From: Pseudomonadota bacterium
GTDB lineage: Bacteria; Pseudomonadota; Alphaproteobacteria; Sphingomonadales; Sphingomonadaceae
Assembly: GCA_046733935.1 (NCBI GenBank)
Contig: JBKPQH010000026.1
Location: forward strand, 2,905-66,904
Direction of reading: 5' to 3'
DNA: 64,000 nucleotides
Shown piece after piece: positions 39,095-49,100 of this stretch; the first letter of the stretch is position 1; each line of letters opens with the position of its first letter. A model generated the notes under the pieces. The model made no database searches, had not been told where the DNA came from, and saw nothing but the letters and a program-made list of their open reading frames with translations. Made by a program: the position numbers and the translations under genes.

Positions 39095-40243
39095 ATGGAA
39101 TTCGACTGTAAGCGTGCATACCCGGAGTGTCCTCCGGAAAACACCTTGTCACCAGATGGTGAGCTGAGCTCAGCTGAGTCGGCAGCCAACAATCTTATCG
39201 TTCCGGTAATCCTGAGCGGCGGTGGTGGCAGCCGCCTCTGGCCATTCTCAACTCAAGAGACCCCAAAGCAGTTCCTGCCACTTATTCAAAACAAGTGTCT
39301 ATTCGAGGAGGCGCTCGACCGCGTCCGAAATCCGATGGCTTTCGCGGCGCCGATCGTGGTCGGCAGCATCCATCACGCCGATCTTTGCGAGAAACTGCTC
39401 CGGCAGGACGGGGAGCAGGCTCGCTTGATTCTCGAACCCTGCGGGCGGAACACGGCGCCCGCAGTGGTGATGGCGGCGGCGGTTGCCGCGGAAACTCACG
39501 GCGAGGATGCGCTAATCCTGGTAATGCCGAGCGATCACATCATCGAAAAGATCGACGAGTTTCACGAAGCGATCGCTGTCGGTGAACCGGCTGCAGGGGC
39601 TGGTCGTCTCGTCACCTTCGGAGTGCGTCCGACCGGACCGGACACAGGCTACGGATATCTGAAGACCGGTGGTGATGTATCCGAGGCCCCGGGCGTCAAG
39701 GATGTGATCCGGTTCGTGGAGAAGCCCCAAGCGGACGTCGCGGAGACGATGGTTGCGAGCGGCGATCATCTTTGGAATGCCGGAATCTTTCTGTTCCGGG
39801 CCGCGACGTTGCTGTCGGAGGCAGCGGAGACATGCCCTGCGATCGCTGAAGCCGCGCGTCGTGCCGTGGCCAACGGTGACCGCGACGGGATCCGCATCAT
39901 TCCGGACGCGGATGTCCTTTCCAACTGCCCGTCTGAATCGATCGACTACGCGGTAATGGAGCTTTCATCGCGCGTTGCAGTCGTCCCTATGTCGCCCGGT
40001 TGGTCGGACCTCGGCAGTTGGGATGCCCTTGCGTCGGTTCTCGGCACCGCTTCGCCCGTGGGTCCGATTACGACGGTTGATTGCGAGAGTTGTTATATCC
40101 GCAGCGACGGGGTGCAGGTGGCGGCGCTCGGCGTGCGTGACCTGATCATCGTTGCGTCCGGCGGACGACTGCTAATTCTGCCCCGCGGACGATCACAAGA
40201 AGTGAAGAAGCTGCTTTCGGCGATGGACTCGATGGCCGCTTAA
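39095..40243 (+). CDS. manC: mannose-1-phosphate guanylyltransferase (no PMI domain)
   Basis: VPVILSGGGGSRLWPFS..PKQFL. The nearest ATG (39095) follows GGGGTGGGA. The track ORF starts at GTG 39041. Confidence 0.85.
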   Translation: MEFDCKRAYPECPPENTLSPDGELSSAESAANNLIVPVILSGGGGSRLWPFSTQETPKQFLPLIQNKCLFEEALDRVRNPMAFAAPIVVGSIHHADLCEKLLRQDGEQARLILEPCGRNTAPAVVMAAAVAAETHGEDALILVMPSDHIIEKIDEFHEAIAVGEPAAGAGRLVTFGVRPTGPDTGYGYLKTGGDVSEAPGVKDVIRFVEKPQADVAETMVASGDHLWNAGIFLFRAATLLSEAAETCPAIAEAARRAVANGDRDGIRIIPDADVLSNCPSESIDYAVMELSSRVAVVPMSPGWSDLGSWDALASVLGTASPVGPITTVDCESCYIRSDGVQVAALGVRDLIIVASGGRLLILPRGRSQEVKKLLSAMDSMAA

Positions 40244-40309
40244 CCATAAACGGCGTCCTCCCGGGGGCGCCGGATTGTATTTGCTGGTGCGGAGGACACC
40301 TCAACCCAA

Positions 40310-41452
40310 GTGTATCACGATTCCAAAACGAGGTGGTCGATTTCCGCCCTTAAAGCCCGTGGGAGACTGCCCAAGGTCCAATGGCTGTTTCTCCTAACGG
40401 TCGTTTTGCCGACTGCGGTTGCCATCGTCTATTATGGCTTGTTCGCCTCCGACGTTTACGTCTCGGAGTCGCGGTTCGTCGTCCGTAGTCCGGATAAGCC
40501 CACGATGTCGGGCCTCGGTGTTCTGCTTAAGTCCACCGCATTCTCCACCGCGGGTGACGAGATTTATGCGGCAGATGATTATATTCAGTCTCGCGACGCG
40601 CTCCGGGCACTCAACCAGAACCAGGCTGTGGTGAGAGCCTATTCCAACGACGGAATCTCCATATTCGACCGTTTCAATCCGCTCGGGTGGGATGGCTCAT
40701 TCGAGAGTCTCTATGAGTATTTCAAAAAGAGAGTGCGGGTCGACTACGATACAACTTCCTCGATCACGACGCTCACGGTTCGCGCCTACACGCCGCAAGC
40801 AGCTCAGAGCTTCAACGCTCAACTGCTCGCGTTGGCAGAGGAGACCGTCAATCGGCTAAATCGGCGCGGGCGGGTAGATGTCGTCCAGCTATCGGAGCAG
40901 GAAGTCAGGGCGGCCGAGGAAGCTGAACGGCAGGCGGCCGCGTCTCTGGCGCAGTTCCGCAATGCGAGCGGAATCATCGACCCGGAGAAACAGGCGACGG
41001 TCCAGCTCCAGATGATCTCGAAGCTCCAGGACGAGTTGATCGGTTCGAGGATGCAGCTGCTGCAGCTTCGCAACATCGCACCGGAAAATCCGCAGATTCC
41101 AATCCTGCAGACACGGGTGGCCGGGTTGGCGCGGGAGATCGATCGGCAACTCGGCCTCGTGGCAGGCAATCGCCGATCTCTTTCGGCAACGGCTGCGCGC
41201 TACCAACGGCTCCAGCTTGATCGCGAATTTGCGGACAAGAGGCTCGCTGCGGCAATGACGTCCCTGCAGGAGGCCCGTGCCGAGGCCCGGCGCAAGCAGG
41301 CTTATGTCGAACGGATCGCGCAGCCGAGCCGGCCTGACGAGGCGCAGGAGCCCCGGCGCCTCCGCGGTGTCTTTGCTACATTTGTTCTCGGGCTCATTGC
41401 CTGGGCGATCCTCACCATGCTGCTGGCGGGTATCCGGGAGCACCATGGCTGA
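40310..41452 (+). CDS. kpsE: capsule export inner-membrane protein, KpsE/PCP-3 type
   Basis: 380 aa. N-terminal TM then SDVYVSESRFVVRS, a long coiled periplasmic region, and a C-terminal TM. Confidence 0.8.
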   Translation: MYHDSKTRWSISALKARGRLPKVQWLFLLTVVLPTAVAIVYYGLFASDVYVSESRFVVRSPDKPTMSGLGVLLKSTAFSTAGDEIYAADDYIQSRDALRALNQNQAVVRAYSNDGISIFDRFNPLGWDGSFESLYEYFKKRVRVDYDTTSSITTLTVRAYTPQAAQSFNAQLLALAEETVNRLNRRGRVDVVQLSEQEVRAAEEAERQAAASLAQFRNASGIIDPEKQATVQLQMISKLQDELIGSRMQLLQLRNIAPENPQIPILQTRVAGLAREIDRQLGLVAGNRRSLSATAARYQRLQLDREFADKRLAAAMTSLQEARAEARRKQAYVERIAQPSRPDEAQEPRRLRGVFATFVLGLIAWAILTMLLAGIREHHG

Positions 41453-42258
41453 TGGCCCTGGAGCTGCACAGCACCGGCGTTAGCCTCGCCCAGTCCTGGC
41501 GCGTCGAACGGCGCGTCATTTGGGCGCTGATGCTGCGGGAAATGCTGACTCGCTATGGGCGGCACAACATCGGCTTCCTTTGGCTGTTCGTGGAACCGAT
41601 GCTATTCACGCTTGGTATCACTACGCTGTGGACTGCATTGAGATCGGTCCACGGGTCCAATCTGCCCATAGTAGCTTTCGCAATCACCGGCTATTCGAGC
41701 GTCTTGCTGTGGCGGAACATGCCGAGCCGCTGCATGCGTGCTCTCGAACCGAACCTGTCGTTACTTTATCACCGAAACGTCCGCCCGATCGATGTCTACC
41801 TCGCGCGGTTGCTCCTGGAAGCTGCCGGCGCCACCATGTCCTTCGTGATGCTGACAATTTTCTTCCACTTCGTCGGTTGGCTCGATCTTCCGGAGGACGT
41901 GCTTCAGGTCGCCGGCGGCTGGTGCATGATCGCTTGGTTCGGGATTGCCTTGGCCATCTATTTAGGCGCGCTTTCCGAAACTTCGGAAACTGTCGAGAAA
42001 CTCTGGCATCCGGCTGCCTACCTCTTGTTCCCTCTTTCGGGTGCTGCCTTTCTTGTGGACGCGCTGCCAAGCGCAGCTCAGCGCCTCGTCCTCTACCTGC
42101 CGATGGTCAACGGCGTAGAGTTCGTTCGCCAGGGCTTCTTCGGCTCCAAGATGATCGCCCACTATGACATGGGCTACATGGCGGTGGTGAACACCGTACT
42201 CACCCTCCTCGGCCTGGCTCAGATGCGGAAGGTGAGCCGAACGGTGGTGCCGGAATGA
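41452..42258 (+). CDS. kpsM: capsule ABC transporter permease (ABC-2 type)
   Basis: 268 aa, about 6 TM. Start overlaps the kpsE stop (TGATG). Confidence 0.85.
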   Translation: MALELHSTGVSLAQSWRVERRVIWALMLREMLTRYGRHNIGFLWLFVEPMLFTLGITTLWTALRSVHGSNLPIVAFAITGYSSVLLWRNMPSRCMRALEPNLSLLYHRNVRPIDVYLARLLLEAAGATMSFVMLTIFFHFVGWLDLPEDVLQVAGGWCMIAWFGIALAIYLGALSETSETVEKLWHPAAYLLFPLSGAAFLVDALPSAAQRLVLYLPMVNGVEFVRQGFFGSKMIAHYDMGYMAVVNTVLTLLGLAQMRKVSRTVVPE

Positions 42259-42917
42259 TCCGCCTCACCAACGTCAATAAGGTTTACCCGACTCACGCGG
42301 GACCCGTGCACATTCTTCGCGACGTCGGCTTGACGGTCAGGCGCGGTGAGCGCGTCGGAATTCTGGGTCGAAATGGCGCCGGCAAATCTACGCTCATCCG
42401 TTTGGTTAGCGGGGCCGAGCTTCCGTCGAGCGGCGTCGTCGAGCGCCGTATGAGCGTATCCTGGCCGCTCGCGTTCGGAGGTGCTTTCCAGGGTTCCCTT
42501 ACCGGTCTCGACAATCTCCGATTCATTTGTCGCATCTACGGCGCCGATCCGGAAGAACATGTCGCGTTCGTGCAGGAGTTCTCGGAGCTGGGGCTTTACC
42601 TGCGCGAGCCCGTGAAGTCGTACTCGTCGGGGATGCGGGCGCGGCTTGCTTTCGCAATTTCGATGGTCATCGAATTCGACTGTTTCCTAATCGACGAAAT
42701 CATCGCCGTCGGCGACGCGCGTTTCCATGAAAAATGCAATAGGGAGCTGTTCGACAAGCGCGGAGATCGGGCGATGATCATTGTCTCGCACGACGCGAAC
42801 TTCATCCGCCAACATTGCACGAGGGCCGCGGTGCTCAGCGATGGAGAGCTGCACCATCACAGCAACCTGGACGATGCATTCGCTTTCTATCTCGAGGAAA
42901 CGGCGCTGGCGGCATGA
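42255..42917 (+). CDS. kpsT: capsule ABC transporter ATP-binding protein
   Basis: Walker A GRNGAGKST, signature YSSGMRARLAF, Walker B FDCFLIDE. 220 aa. Confidence 0.9.
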   Translation: MIRLTNVNKVYPTHAGPVHILRDVGLTVRRGERVGILGRNGAGKSTLIRLVSGAELPSSGVVERRMSVSWPLAFGGAFQGSLTGLDNLRFICRIYGADPEEHVAFVQEFSELGLYLREPVKSYSSGMRARLAFAISMVIEFDCFLIDEIIAVGDARFHEKCNRELFDKRGDRAMIIVSHDANFIRQHCTRAAVLSDGELHHHSNLDDAFAFYLEETALAA

Positions 42918-44179
42918 GGAAGAGTCTCCGAGGAGCTGCCGATCTGGGAGTGCGCCAAGCGTGGCTTTGGAAGCACCGTCGGCATCACCGCGACCACGCT
43001 GAAGGACCCCTGACGCGGCTTCTCGTGGACGTTTCGGCAATCATCCGTCACGACGCCCAGACCGGCATCCAGCGGGTCGTTCGTGCGGTCTGGTCGGAGC
43101 TCAGTCGGCTCAACGGGCAGGGTTTCGAGCTGCAGCCCGTTTTCGCCACGAATGCGCATGGTTATTGCTATGCGCCTACACCTTTCCTCGAGCACGGTGT
43201 GTCGACGACAAAGCGTGCGGTTGTTCGCGTTCGCCCTGGCGACAAGTTCCTAGGACTTGATCTTTCCGCTCATCTTCTGCCCAAATATCGTCAACAGCTA
43301 AGGGCTTGGCGGCGTCACGGGGCAACCATCCACCTGGTCGTTTACGACTTGTTGCCGCTAGTCCGCCCCGAATGGTTCACCCCGTCGTCTGCCAACAATT
43401 TCCGGAAGTGGGTTGAAATCGTAACGGAGGATGCCGACCAGGCTATCTGCATCTCCGACCACGTGGCTCATGAACTGGGTGGACATCTCGCCCGCACAGC
43501 AGCGGGCCGGGCCATGGCAATCGGACGCCTCGAAATGGGCGCCGATATTTCGGGCTCGATTCCATCCAGCGGCCTATCCCCCGAGGTCCGTCAGGTGCTC
43601 GACCAACTGCGGTTCCGTCGAGCAATCCTGATGGTCGGGACAGTTGAACCTCGCAAAGGCTACGATGTCGCGCTCGACGCTTTCGATTATCTGTGGCGCA
43701 CTGAGCAGGGGGCACCGGACCTGGTGCTTGTCGGCAAAGGCGGCTGGAAGACCGCAGAGCTTCAGCACCGCATTCGGATGCATCCTCAGTTCGGTCGACG
43801 GCTGCATTGGTTCGACCGTGTGAGCGACGAAGGCTTGTGCCAGCTGTACGAAGCATGCCGCGGAGTATTGATTGCCTCCCGCGGCGAAGGATTTGGCCTG
43901 CCGCTCGTGGAAGCCGCAATGCACAGCCGGCATGTCCTGGCGCGCGACTTGCCGGTTTTCCGCGAACGGCGCTTGCCGAACGTGCTCTATTTCTCGTCCG
44001 ATGAGCCTTGTGCCATGGGAGGTCGCCTCATGGACCTGCTGAGGGCCGCAGATTCCAGGCCTAACCCGCCCATCGAGCTGGCAACGTGGAAGGACTGCGT
44101 TGCCGGATTGCTGCGCGAGATAGGATTGCCGCTGCCACAACAAAGAGATGCTGGTTTTCCACTTCGAAAAGCGTCCTAA
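42914..44179 (+). CDS. glycosyltransferase family 4 (GT-B)
   Basis: From ATG 42914, overlapping the kpsT stop (ATGA). LLVDVSAIIRHDAQTGIQRV N-terminus and SRGEGFGLPLVEA. Confidence 0.8.
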   Translation: MRKSLRGAADLGVRQAWLWKHRRHHRDHAEGPLTRLLVDVSAIIRHDAQTGIQRVVRAVWSELSRLNGQGFELQPVFATNAHGYCYAPTPFLEHGVSTTKRAVVRVRPGDKFLGLDLSAHLLPKYRQQLRAWRRHGATIHLVVYDLLPLVRPEWFTPSSANNFRKWVEIVTEDADQAICISDHVAHELGGHLARTAAGRAMAIGRLEMGADISGSIPSSGLSPEVRQVLDQLRFRRAILMVGTVEPRKGYDVALDAFDYLWRTEQGAPDLVLVGKGGWKTAELQHRIRMHPQFGRRLHWFDRVSDEGLCQLYEACRGVLIASRGEGFGLPLVEAAMHSRHVLARDLPVFRERRLPNVLYFSSDEPCAMGGRLMDLLRAADSRPNPPIELATWKDCVAGLLREIGLPLPQQRDAGFPLRKAS

Positions 44180-44181
44180 AC

Positions 44182-46194
44182 TTGATCTCCTACGCTCAGA
44201 ATTACGAGGACGTGATCCTGTGGCGTGCGTTGCGCGTTGTGGCGGCAGGAACCTACATTGACGTAGGTGCGCATGATCCCGTGGTAGACTCGGTCAGCCT
44301 GGCCTTCTACCTGGCCGGGTGGCGCGGGACCCACGTCGAGCCGACGCCGCTTTATGCGCAGCGCATACGCGAGGCACGACCGGACGAAATCGTGGTCGAG
44401 GCCGCAGTCAGCGCTTCTCCAGGGCCGATGCGGTTCTTTGAGCTCAGCGGTCTCTCAACTGGACGTCGGGATATCGCGGAGCATCATGCACGCGCGGGCC
44501 ATCTTGCGCGCGAAATCCTCGTCCCGACAGTACGTCTTGGTGAGTTACTCAAGCTTGCGCCGGGCGACATCCACTGGCTGAAGATCGACGTCGAAGGGAT
44601 GGAGGCGGACGTCCTTCGCAGTTGGGACGATGTGGAGGTTCGTCCTTGGGTCCTTGTCATTGAAGCGACCTACCCCAACTCACAGGAGCCCACGCAGCAC
44701 CTTTGGATCGATGAAGTTCTGAAGCGTGGGTATGAGCAAGTCTTCTTCGATGGCTTGAGCTGCTACTTCCTACACAAAGACAAGCGCGAGCTTGCACCGC
44801 ACTTCGCGGCGCCGGCGAACGTTTTCGATGCTTACACGATCACCACCGATCATTTTTCGGCGGCGGACATTCGGGAGTCGTTGGAGATCGCCGAGCAGGC
44901 CAAGGCGGAGGCCCTTACCCATGCTGAACAGCTCGCCGGTGAGCTGACTCAAGCCAAGCTGCTTCAGCAAACCGCACAGAGCGCACAATGGCAGGCGGTC
45001 GACCGGCTCGCGAGGGCTGAGCAAGAGCATCGCACATCAGTGGAGTCGCTCTTGCAGGACCGGCAGGAAACCGAGCAGCGGACGCGCGAGCAACTCGAGA
45101 AGCTGGAAGCAGAAAGATCCGAAGCGCGCGTGGAGCTCGCTCGCCTGGAGGAACGCTGTGCCCAGCTGCAAGACAAGCTCGACCGCTCGGACGCGGTCAA
45201 TCGCAACGCAGGAGAGCAACTCGCTGCGCAGCAGATGCAATTGCGCGATTTCCGCAGCGAGGCGGAGCAGTGGCGTACTGAAGGCAATCAGTTACGCCAG
45301 CAGGTCGCACAGCTTCAGCAGATCATCGCTTCTGCGGACGTCCTTATCCGGAAAGCTGCTGCTGAGCCGGAGGGCAGATGGCAGCGGCTGGGCCTGTCCC
45401 TGGGCCTAGCTAGGCCGCGGGCGGCTTTGCAATCGCTTGCGAACTGGGCCGCAGGCTCTAGCGAGGTGCGCGGATTGCCCGGCAGTCGCAACGCCGAAGA
45501 AAGCGCAAGGACCAACTCCGGCATTTTAATGAATCTAACTGACCGAAACCCCTACCAGCGGGCCAACTCGCTAGCCGAGCTCCTGTCCTGGCCTGATGTC
45601 GATTTCGTTCGGTGCGCATATGTAACAATCCTCGGCCGTCAGCCCGATCGTGACGGCGAGGCCTATTATGCCGAGCGCGTGCGGGCAGGCCATTCCAAGC
45701 TGGAAGTGCTCTCGCAGTTGCGTAATTCTCCTGAGGCGCTCGGCCACGACCCGGGCATCGCCGGGCTCGATCGCGCTCTGCGCGCAGCACGCAGGGCGCG
45801 TATGCCGTTCCTCGGAGCCATATTCCGCGCTTTCGGTAACCAGGAGGGCGACCGTGCAGCGGACCGGCGGCGTCGCGCGATAGCCAATGAAATGGCCCTC
45901 CTTCGCGCGAGGAGCGATGCAGGTCTCTACCGGCTCCAGTCGCTTTCGTCGGCCATTCAGCGAGTTGACGATCGCTTGGAGGCGTTGGAAGGACGGCTTG
46001 CCAACGCGTCGCTCGACGTGGCTGGACCCGGTGCTCAATTCGGCGGGGCCCGGCGGCCTTCGCGGGAACTCACTGACCCTGTCGATATCAGTTCGGCAAC
46101 GACCCCCGATCAGGTAATCGGTTTGATCAAAAATGCGGTGAATACATCTCGCGAGGCGGCTGTATTCCACTCCCAGAGTCGTTCCAGCTCATGA
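44182..46194 (+). CDS. FkbM-type methyltransferase fused to a long coiled coil and a DUF4214-like domain
   Basis: TTG 44182 gives (M)ISYAQNYEDVILW, a typical FkbM start. DVGAHDP...WLKIDVEGMEADVL. A proline-free Q/E/R/L-rich stretch of ~160 aa. Then DVDFVRCAYVTILGRQPDRDGEAYY. Confidence 0.75.
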   Translation: MISYAQNYEDVILWRALRVVAAGTYIDVGAHDPVVDSVSLAFYLAGWRGTHVEPTPLYAQRIREARPDEIVVEAAVSASPGPMRFFELSGLSTGRRDIAEHHARAGHLAREILVPTVRLGELLKLAPGDIHWLKIDVEGMEADVLRSWDDVEVRPWVLVIEATYPNSQEPTQHLWIDEVLKRGYEQVFFDGLSCYFLHKDKRELAPHFAAPANVFDAYTITTDHFSAADIRESLEIAEQAKAEALTHAEQLAGELTQAKLLQQTAQSAQWQAVDRLARAEQEHRTSVESLLQDRQETEQRTREQLEKLEAERSEARVELARLEERCAQLQDKLDRSDAVNRNAGEQLAAQQMQLRDFRSEAEQWRTEGNQLRQQVAQLQQIIASADVLIRKAAAEPEGRWQRLGLSLGLARPRAALQSLANWAAGSSEVRGLPGSRNAEESARTNSGILMNLTDRNPYQRANSLAELLSWPDVDFVRCAYVTILGRQPDRDGEAYYAERVRAGHSKLEVLSQLRNSPEALGHDPGIAGLDRALRAARRARMPFLGAIFRAFGNQEGDRAADRRRRAIANEMALLRARSDAGLYRLQSLSSAIQRVDDRLEALEGRLANASLDVAGPGAQFGGARRPSRELTDPVDISSATTPDQVIGLIKNAVNTSREAAVFHSQSRSSS

Positions 46195-49100
46195 ATTTTC
46201 CAACTGATTTCAGAGGGCGGATCGTTCAGGTCGTAGAAGCGCTCGATGTCGGAGACGCCGTTTCCGGCCAGGTCATCGCGCTAGACGAGATGCTCCGCGA
46301 GATGGGCTTGAACAGTCAGGTGCTGGTCAAGTGGATGCATCACGACGTTCGTGGAAAATGCGATGTGCTCGACGACGTGAGGCTGACAGACGAAGATGTC
46401 GTGATCTATCACTCGGCCGGCTTCTCCGATCACAGCCTTCCCTATGTCCTCGACACCCATTGCACGCGCATCCTGCTGTACCACAACATCACGCCACACG
46501 AGTTCTTCGAAGAGAGCTCGGACCTACACGTTTTCTGCAAGAATGGACGGGAGCAGCTCAAGAGCGTCATCGGAGCTTTTCAGTACTTCTGGGCTGATAG
46601 CCAGTACAACCTCGACGAGCTCATCGAACTGGGAGCGCCGAAAGAGCGATGCCACGTGATCCCCATCATGGTAGCAAGCCCGGAACAGACGGGACACAGC
46701 GACAAGGTTCCGGGATCCTGGCTCTTCCTGGGGAGGATCGCTGCGAACAAGGGGCAAATGGATCTCGCCCAAGAGTTCCTGAAGGCCCGTCGAGAGGACC
46801 CGAAATCCGCATCCAAGCTCTTTCTAGTTGGGGGGTATAACGACCAGGAGCCCTATTACTGCGCTCTAAAGCAGCTCGTCGAAAGGAAGGGTAAGGGAAA
46901 TATCGTCCTCACGGGCAAGGTCGGCGACGCGCAGAAGGAACATTTTCTTCACCAGTCTGCGGTGTTCGTGAGCTTTAGCCGCCACGAGGGTTTCGGAGTG
47001 CCGCTGGTCGAAGCGCCGCTTCGTGGCACGCCAGTCATCGCGCTCTCCGGCACGGCGGTGGATGAGACGATGGGCGGGAGTTCAGGTGTCGCTGGGAGTG
47101 CCGCGGACGCTAGGCGCCTCGCAATGCGTGCCGCCCGCGACGAGGCATTCCGCGAGAAGCTCCTTATAGAGCAACAGTCGAATGCTGCTCGCTTCGAGAG
47201 ATCCGCCGTACGCTCGAAATTATGGAATGCGCTCGAGGACGTACTTCCGGCCCGAGATCGGTACCGCAAAGTGTCGGTTGTCGTCTGCACGTACAATCGG
47301 CGCGCGGATCTGGAGCGCTGTCTCGATTATCTCGCCTACCAGTCGAGCCCTTCGTTTGAAGTCGTCGTCGTGGACGGACCCTCGACGGACGGGACCAAAG
47401 AGCTGCTGGCGGAGTGGGAAGGTCGCGTTAAGATCGTTCACAATCCCGAGCGAAATCTGTCGGTCTCGCGCAACTTGGGTGCAGATGCTGCGGCGGGCGA
47501 CATTGTCGCTTACATCGACGATGACGCGATTCCGTTCGCCGATTGGGTCGACACCTTGCTGCGAGAGTTCAACCAGCGGCCAGCCACGACAGCGGCTCTG
47601 GGAGGACCAGCCTATCTCGCAGGATCCTTGAAGTTTCAGGTCGAGGACATCGCATTCAACAAGTTTGCGGAAGCCTGGGCCAATGTGGACTCAGACAAGA
47701 TTGGCAAAGACGGGTGGGTGCGGTCGCTATTGGGTACGAATACTGCGTTTTCCCGCTCCTACCTGCAAGAGGTGGGGGGGTTCGACGAGCAGTATGACTA
47801 TTTCCTCGACGAATCCGATCTAACGTTCAGGCTTCAGTCGCACGGTGCTCTCGTTGCCTATTGCCCAGACCTGTACCTCCGTCATGAGTTCGCTCGAAGT
47901 GACAATCGCAAGGGCAAGTACACGTTCAATTGGTACTCGATCTCGAAGAACACGACTTACTTTATTGCCCTCTACTCCGGGCTCGGAGGAGAGGAGCTGT
48001 TACAATACGTCAAGGAGAAGTTGGCGAAGGAACGAGTAGCTCCCCTCGATGCAGCATTGGCTGCCGGCAACATCAATAAAAAACTTCACTCACAGCTGGT
48101 GGCCGAAATCTGGCGCGGCATGAAGCAAGGGTTGAAAGACAGCGAGCGCGGCGTGATGACCCGCCAGATCTCGCCGCCGCCGACGAATTTCTTGCCATTC
48201 GAGAGCAGCGCGTCTTTTCGCAGGGTCGGCGTCGATATCCGCCGGCTTCACATTTGCATCCTGAGTAAAGAGTTCCCGCCGTTCGGCGCTGCGGGAGGAA
48301 TTGGTACGCTCTACTACCATCTCGCCAGCGAGCTGCTCTTGCTGGGCCACGAAGTGACGGTCGTGCTGCCGTCGGACGCAACGAGCCGTTTCGATCAGGG
48401 TAGATTCCACATCCGCTATGTTCAGCGCGGCCCCGTCGAGTTTCGCGAGGAGCCCCCCGCAACGGCGGCAAATCTCTCATGGTCCCTCAGAGCGGCAGCT
48501 GCGGTAGCGGAGATTCACGGCGAGCGCGCGGTCGACATCGTCGACTCAGCGCTGTGGGATACGGAAGCGCTGGCGCTTGCGCTCATCGAGCAACCAAGGC
48601 CGCCGGTCGTGGCAAGGCTCGTCACGCCTTTCGCCGTCGCGGCGGAGACCAACGGATGGATCCTACAGCCCGAGATCGCGGCTCAGTACGTTGCGGCTGA
48701 AAAGGCTCTCATTGAGCATGCCGACGCCGTGGTCGGTATCAGTGATTCCATCATTAAGACTGTTGCTACCCAATATTGCATGGAGCCTGACCGCCGCTGG
48801 TACGTGAGCCATTGCGGGATCGCGTATTGGCCGTTCTTCAATTGGCATGATGATTATGACGAACTCACCGGGGAAGAGAAGATCGGCCGGTTCGTTGCTC
48901 GCTATCCGAAGACGGTCCTTTTCGTCGGGCGGCTGGAGCGCCGCAAAGGCATCGACACTCTCATAGCAGCTGCCGCCGACTTCCTTGGCAAACACAAGAA
49001 CGTCGGCCTGATCGTCTGTGGTCAGGATATAGAAGATTGGCAGACGAAAGCTGCGAAGATGGTGCCTGCAGGGGTGAGATCTCAGATCCTGTTTACCGGC

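Noticed and set aside
38640-39192. 65-, 108- and 148-aa ORFs inside the AT-rich region upstream of manC
   Set aside because: No Shine-Dalgarno sequences, odd composition, and mutually overlapping on both strands. Treated as non-coding regulatory DNA.
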